The notes under the pieces: generated by a model | What the model saw: only the letters and a program-made list of their open reading frames with translations | What the model was told of the DNA's origin: nothing | Database searches by the model: none | Shown: positions 61,686-64,000 of the stretch, piece after piece | How the letters are laid out: each line of letters starts with the position of its first letter | How positions within the stretch are numbered: position 1 is the first letter of the stretch | Source: a virus | Taxonomy: Duplodnaviria > Caudoviricetes | Direction: 5' to 3' (one strand) | IMG/VR virus record: IMGVR_UViG_3300036861_000572 | Location: 2,042 to 66,041 of that record | Length of the DNA stretch: 64,000 nucleotides | Translations under genes and position numbers: made by a program

Positions 61686-62563
61686 GCGGGCGCCTCCGTG
61701 GGGAAGGTGAATTGCTGCTGCTGGCGGATCGGACGGTTCGACCAGACAACCTCGACCGCCCGGTCCATCGGCCGGCCGTGGCCGTTGGAGGTGGGCCGGT
61801 CGACCCGGACCTCGGCGCGCCACCAGCCGATGTACAGCTCGTCGTAGAGCGGCGAGGGGTAGCCGGACAGCAGCACCGCCGCCGGCGTCGCGGCGAGGGC
61901 CTCGGCGAGCCCGCGGTGGTCGGCCTCGGTGGCCATGTCGTGGCCGTAGTCGCGGGGCCCGCGCCGGTCAAGCTGGCGGGTGGTGCCGAGGTACGGCGGG
62001 TCGCAGTAGACCGCCACGTCGGCGCGGGTCGCGTACTTGGCCAGCACCGCCAGCGCCGGCCGGCACTCGATCGTGACCGGCCGCAGCCTGGCGGCCACCG
62101 CCTCGAAGCGGCCGACCAGGGCGACGCACTTGTGCGGGTGGTCCCGGCTCGACGTGGACGGCGCCGCCGCCCAGCCGGACCCGCGCCGGGAGCCGGGATG
62201 CTTGCCGATCGACTGGTTGGTCCGCACCCACCAGCGCCGCGCCTGCTCAACCGGATCGAGGCTCGGGTCGGTGTGCTCCTCGCAGGCCTCGTACTCGGCG
62301 CGGGCGTAGGGGGTCAGCTCGCAGGCGCGGACGAGGGCCTCGGGCCGGTCGCGCAGGACCCGGAAGAAGTTGACGACGGCCTGGTCGAGATCGTTGACGA
62401 CCTCGGTTGGCGAGGGGCGCTTGGCGAGCAGGACCGCAAGCGACCCGGCGAACGGCTCGACGTAGGTGCGGTGGGCAGGCAGCAGCGACGCGATCCACGG
62501 GGCCAGGCGGGTCTTGCCGCCGTAGTAGTTGGTGGGCGGCAGCAGGGCCGCCGCGGCGGTCAC
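61682..62563 (-). CDS. dam: Dam-type (D12) DNA adenine methyltransferase
   Basis: YYGGKTRLA, YVEPFAGS, VNDLD, YCDPPY, LSGY. Confidence 0.92.
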   Translation of the reverse strand: MTAAAALLPPTNYYGGKTRLAPWIASLLPAHRTYVEPFAGSLAVLLAKRPSPTEVVNDLDQAVVNFFRVLRDRPEALVRACELTPYARAEYEACEEHTDPSLDPVEQARRWWVRTNQSIGKHPGSRRGSGWAAAPSTSSRDHPHKCVALVGRFEAVAARLRPVTIECRPALAVLAKYATRADVAVYCDPPYLGTTRQLDRRGPRDYGHDMATEADHRGLAEALAATPAAVLLSGYPSPLYDELYIGWWRAEVRVDRPTSNGHGRPMDRAVEVVWSNRPIRQQQQFTFPTEAPA

Positions 62564-62597
62564 TGGTCCACCCTCCGGTTGACGAGGGCTGGCATGG

Positions 62598-64000
62598 TCT
62601 TCGTTGGAAGGGCTCGGTGGGAGCCGGGGTGACGGCCTGTGGCGGTCGCCTGTTGAGGGCCTGCATGACACTGCCGCCCCCGGCTCCCCGAGGACCGACA
62701 ACCGGCAACAGAGGGACGCGCCCCAGAGCGCCAGTCAGTGACCGCCCGGCCGAGGTCCTCCCCACCGAGGTGTCGCTGCCACGCAACAACAAGGGAGCCA
62801 GCGTGTTCATCGGGATCGACTGGGCCGCCCAGCAGCACGCGGTGTGCGTGCTGGACCAGGCCGGCAAGCGCGTGACCGCGTTCGAGATCGCCCACACCGC
62901 CGACGGGTTCGGCCAGCTCACCGCCCGCCTTGGCCGGCTCGGCGACCCAGCCGAGCTGCCCGTGGCCATCGAGCGGCCCGACGGGCGGCTGGTCGATCGG
63001 CTGCTGGAGGCCGGCCACCCGGTCGTGCCGGTCAGCCCCAACGCGATCAAGGCCTGGCGCGACGCCGAGGTGCTGTCGGGCGCCAAGACCGACACCACCG
63101 ACGCCCAGGTGATCGCCGAGTACCTGCGGCTGTGCCACCACCGGCTGCGCGTCCTGCAGCCGTTCTCGCCGGAGACCCGGGCGCTGCGCGCCGTGGTCAG
63201 GGCCCGCGCCGACCTGGTCGACCAGCGCGTGGCCGCCGCCAACCAGCTCGCCGCCTGCCTGGACGCGTTCTGGCCCGGTGCCCTGGCGATCTTTGCCGAC
63301 GTCGAAAGCGAGATCGCGCTGGCGTTCCTGGAGCGCTACCCGACCCCAGCGTCGGCGGCCCACCTGGGCGAGGCCCGCATGCGCGCGTTCTGCACCAAGC
63401 ACGGCTACTGCGGCCGCCGGCCGGCCGCCGAGCTGGTGGCCCGCCTGCGCCAGGCCCCTCCCGGCCTGGGCGGCGGCCCCGAAGCCGAGGCCCGCCGCGA
63501 CGCCGTCGTGGCCATGGTCGGGGTGCTGCGCGCCCTCAACACCGCGATCAAGGACCTCGACCGCAGCGTGGCCGCCCACCTGGGTGAGCACCCGGACGCC
63601 GAGGTCTTCACGTCGCTGCCAAGGTCGGGTCGGACCAACGCCGCCCAGGTGCTCGCCGAGTGGGGCGACTGCCGCCCAGGCTACGACGGCCCCGACGCGG
63701 TCGCCGCCCTCGCCGGCGCCGTGCCGGTCACCAAGCAGTCCGGCAAGCACCACGCCGTCCACTTCCGCTGGGCGTGCAACAAGCGCTTCCGCCAGGCGAT
63801 CACCACGTTCGCGGACAACTCCCGGCACGCCTCGCCGTGGGCGGCCAAGGTCTACGCCGACGCCCGCGCCCGCGGCTGCGACCACCCGCACGCGATCCGG
63901 ATCCTGGCGCGGGCGTGGATCCGGGTGATCTGGCGCTGCTGGATCGACCAGGTCCCCTACGACCCGGCCAAGCACGGCGCCGCCCAGAAGCTGACCGAAA
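62598..64000 (+). mobile_element. IS110-family element (right end outside the window; left boundary approximate)
   Basis: about 200-nt structured non-coding left end followed by the transposase gene. Confidence 0.85.
62803..64000 (+). CDS. IS110 transposase/recombinase (stop beyond the window)
   Basis: FIGIDW, AIE, KTD..DA (DEDD); PVTKQSGK; A.R.LARAW.RV.W. Confidence 0.93.
   Translation, partial: MFIGIDWAAQQHAVCVLDQAGKRVTAFEIAHTADGFGQLTARLGRLGDPAELPVAIERPDGRLVDRLLEAGHPVVPVSPNAIKAWRDAEVLSGAKTDTTDAQVIAEYLRLCHHRLRVLQPFSPETRALRAVVRARADLVDQRVAAANQLAACLDAFWPGALAIFADVESEIALAFLERYPTPASAAHLGEARMRAFCTKHGYCGRRPAAELVARLRQAPPGLGGGPEAEARRDAVVAMVGVLRALNTAIKDLDRSVAAHLGEHPDAEVFTSLPRSGRTNAAQVLAEWGDCRPGYDGPDAVAALAGAVPVTKQSGKHHAVHFRWACNKRFRQAITTFADNSRHASPWAAKVYADARARGCDHPHAIRILARAWIRVIWRCWIDQVPYDPAKHGAAQKLTE

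Noticed and set aside
1-64000. CRISPR array, reverse transcriptase (retron/DGR), rRNA
   Set aside because: No repeat-spacer array, RT (YxDD) protein, TR/VR pair or rRNA sequence was seen.

Overview
High-GC (Actinomycetota-type) DNA made up almost entirely of one temperate siphovirus-like prophage, most of it on the minus strand. From left to right: an XRE-HTH/N6-adenine MTase/PD-(D/E)xK-like operon with divergent promoters; a tyrosine recombinase; small regulators; lysis genes (holin, GH25 endolysin); tail genes; a block of probable virion-accessory genes with a glycosyltransferase-FkbM fusion; HK97-type head genes; terminase with a class-3 intein; many small early genes; an intein-containing FtsK-like ATPase; a primase-ATPase with a DnaA-box/AT-rich origin at its 3' end; a RecT-like annealase; Dam; and an IS110 element cut off by the window end. 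Five things stand out. (1) Six copies of an unnamed 'promoter + two hairpins + occluded RBS' leader drive unrelated endonucleases and one membrane protein. (2) Three endonuclease insertions carry a diverged replacement copy of the end of the gene they interrupt, and the old end survives as an orphan. (3) Four intergenic closed-stem structured RNA candidates, three of them starting just downstream of a -10 box. (4) A 39-aa signal-peptide ORF ending in (A)DKWIWA resembles a communication propeptide. (5) There are several candidate recoding sites. All calls come from reading motifs by eye; no database searches or folding programs were run.
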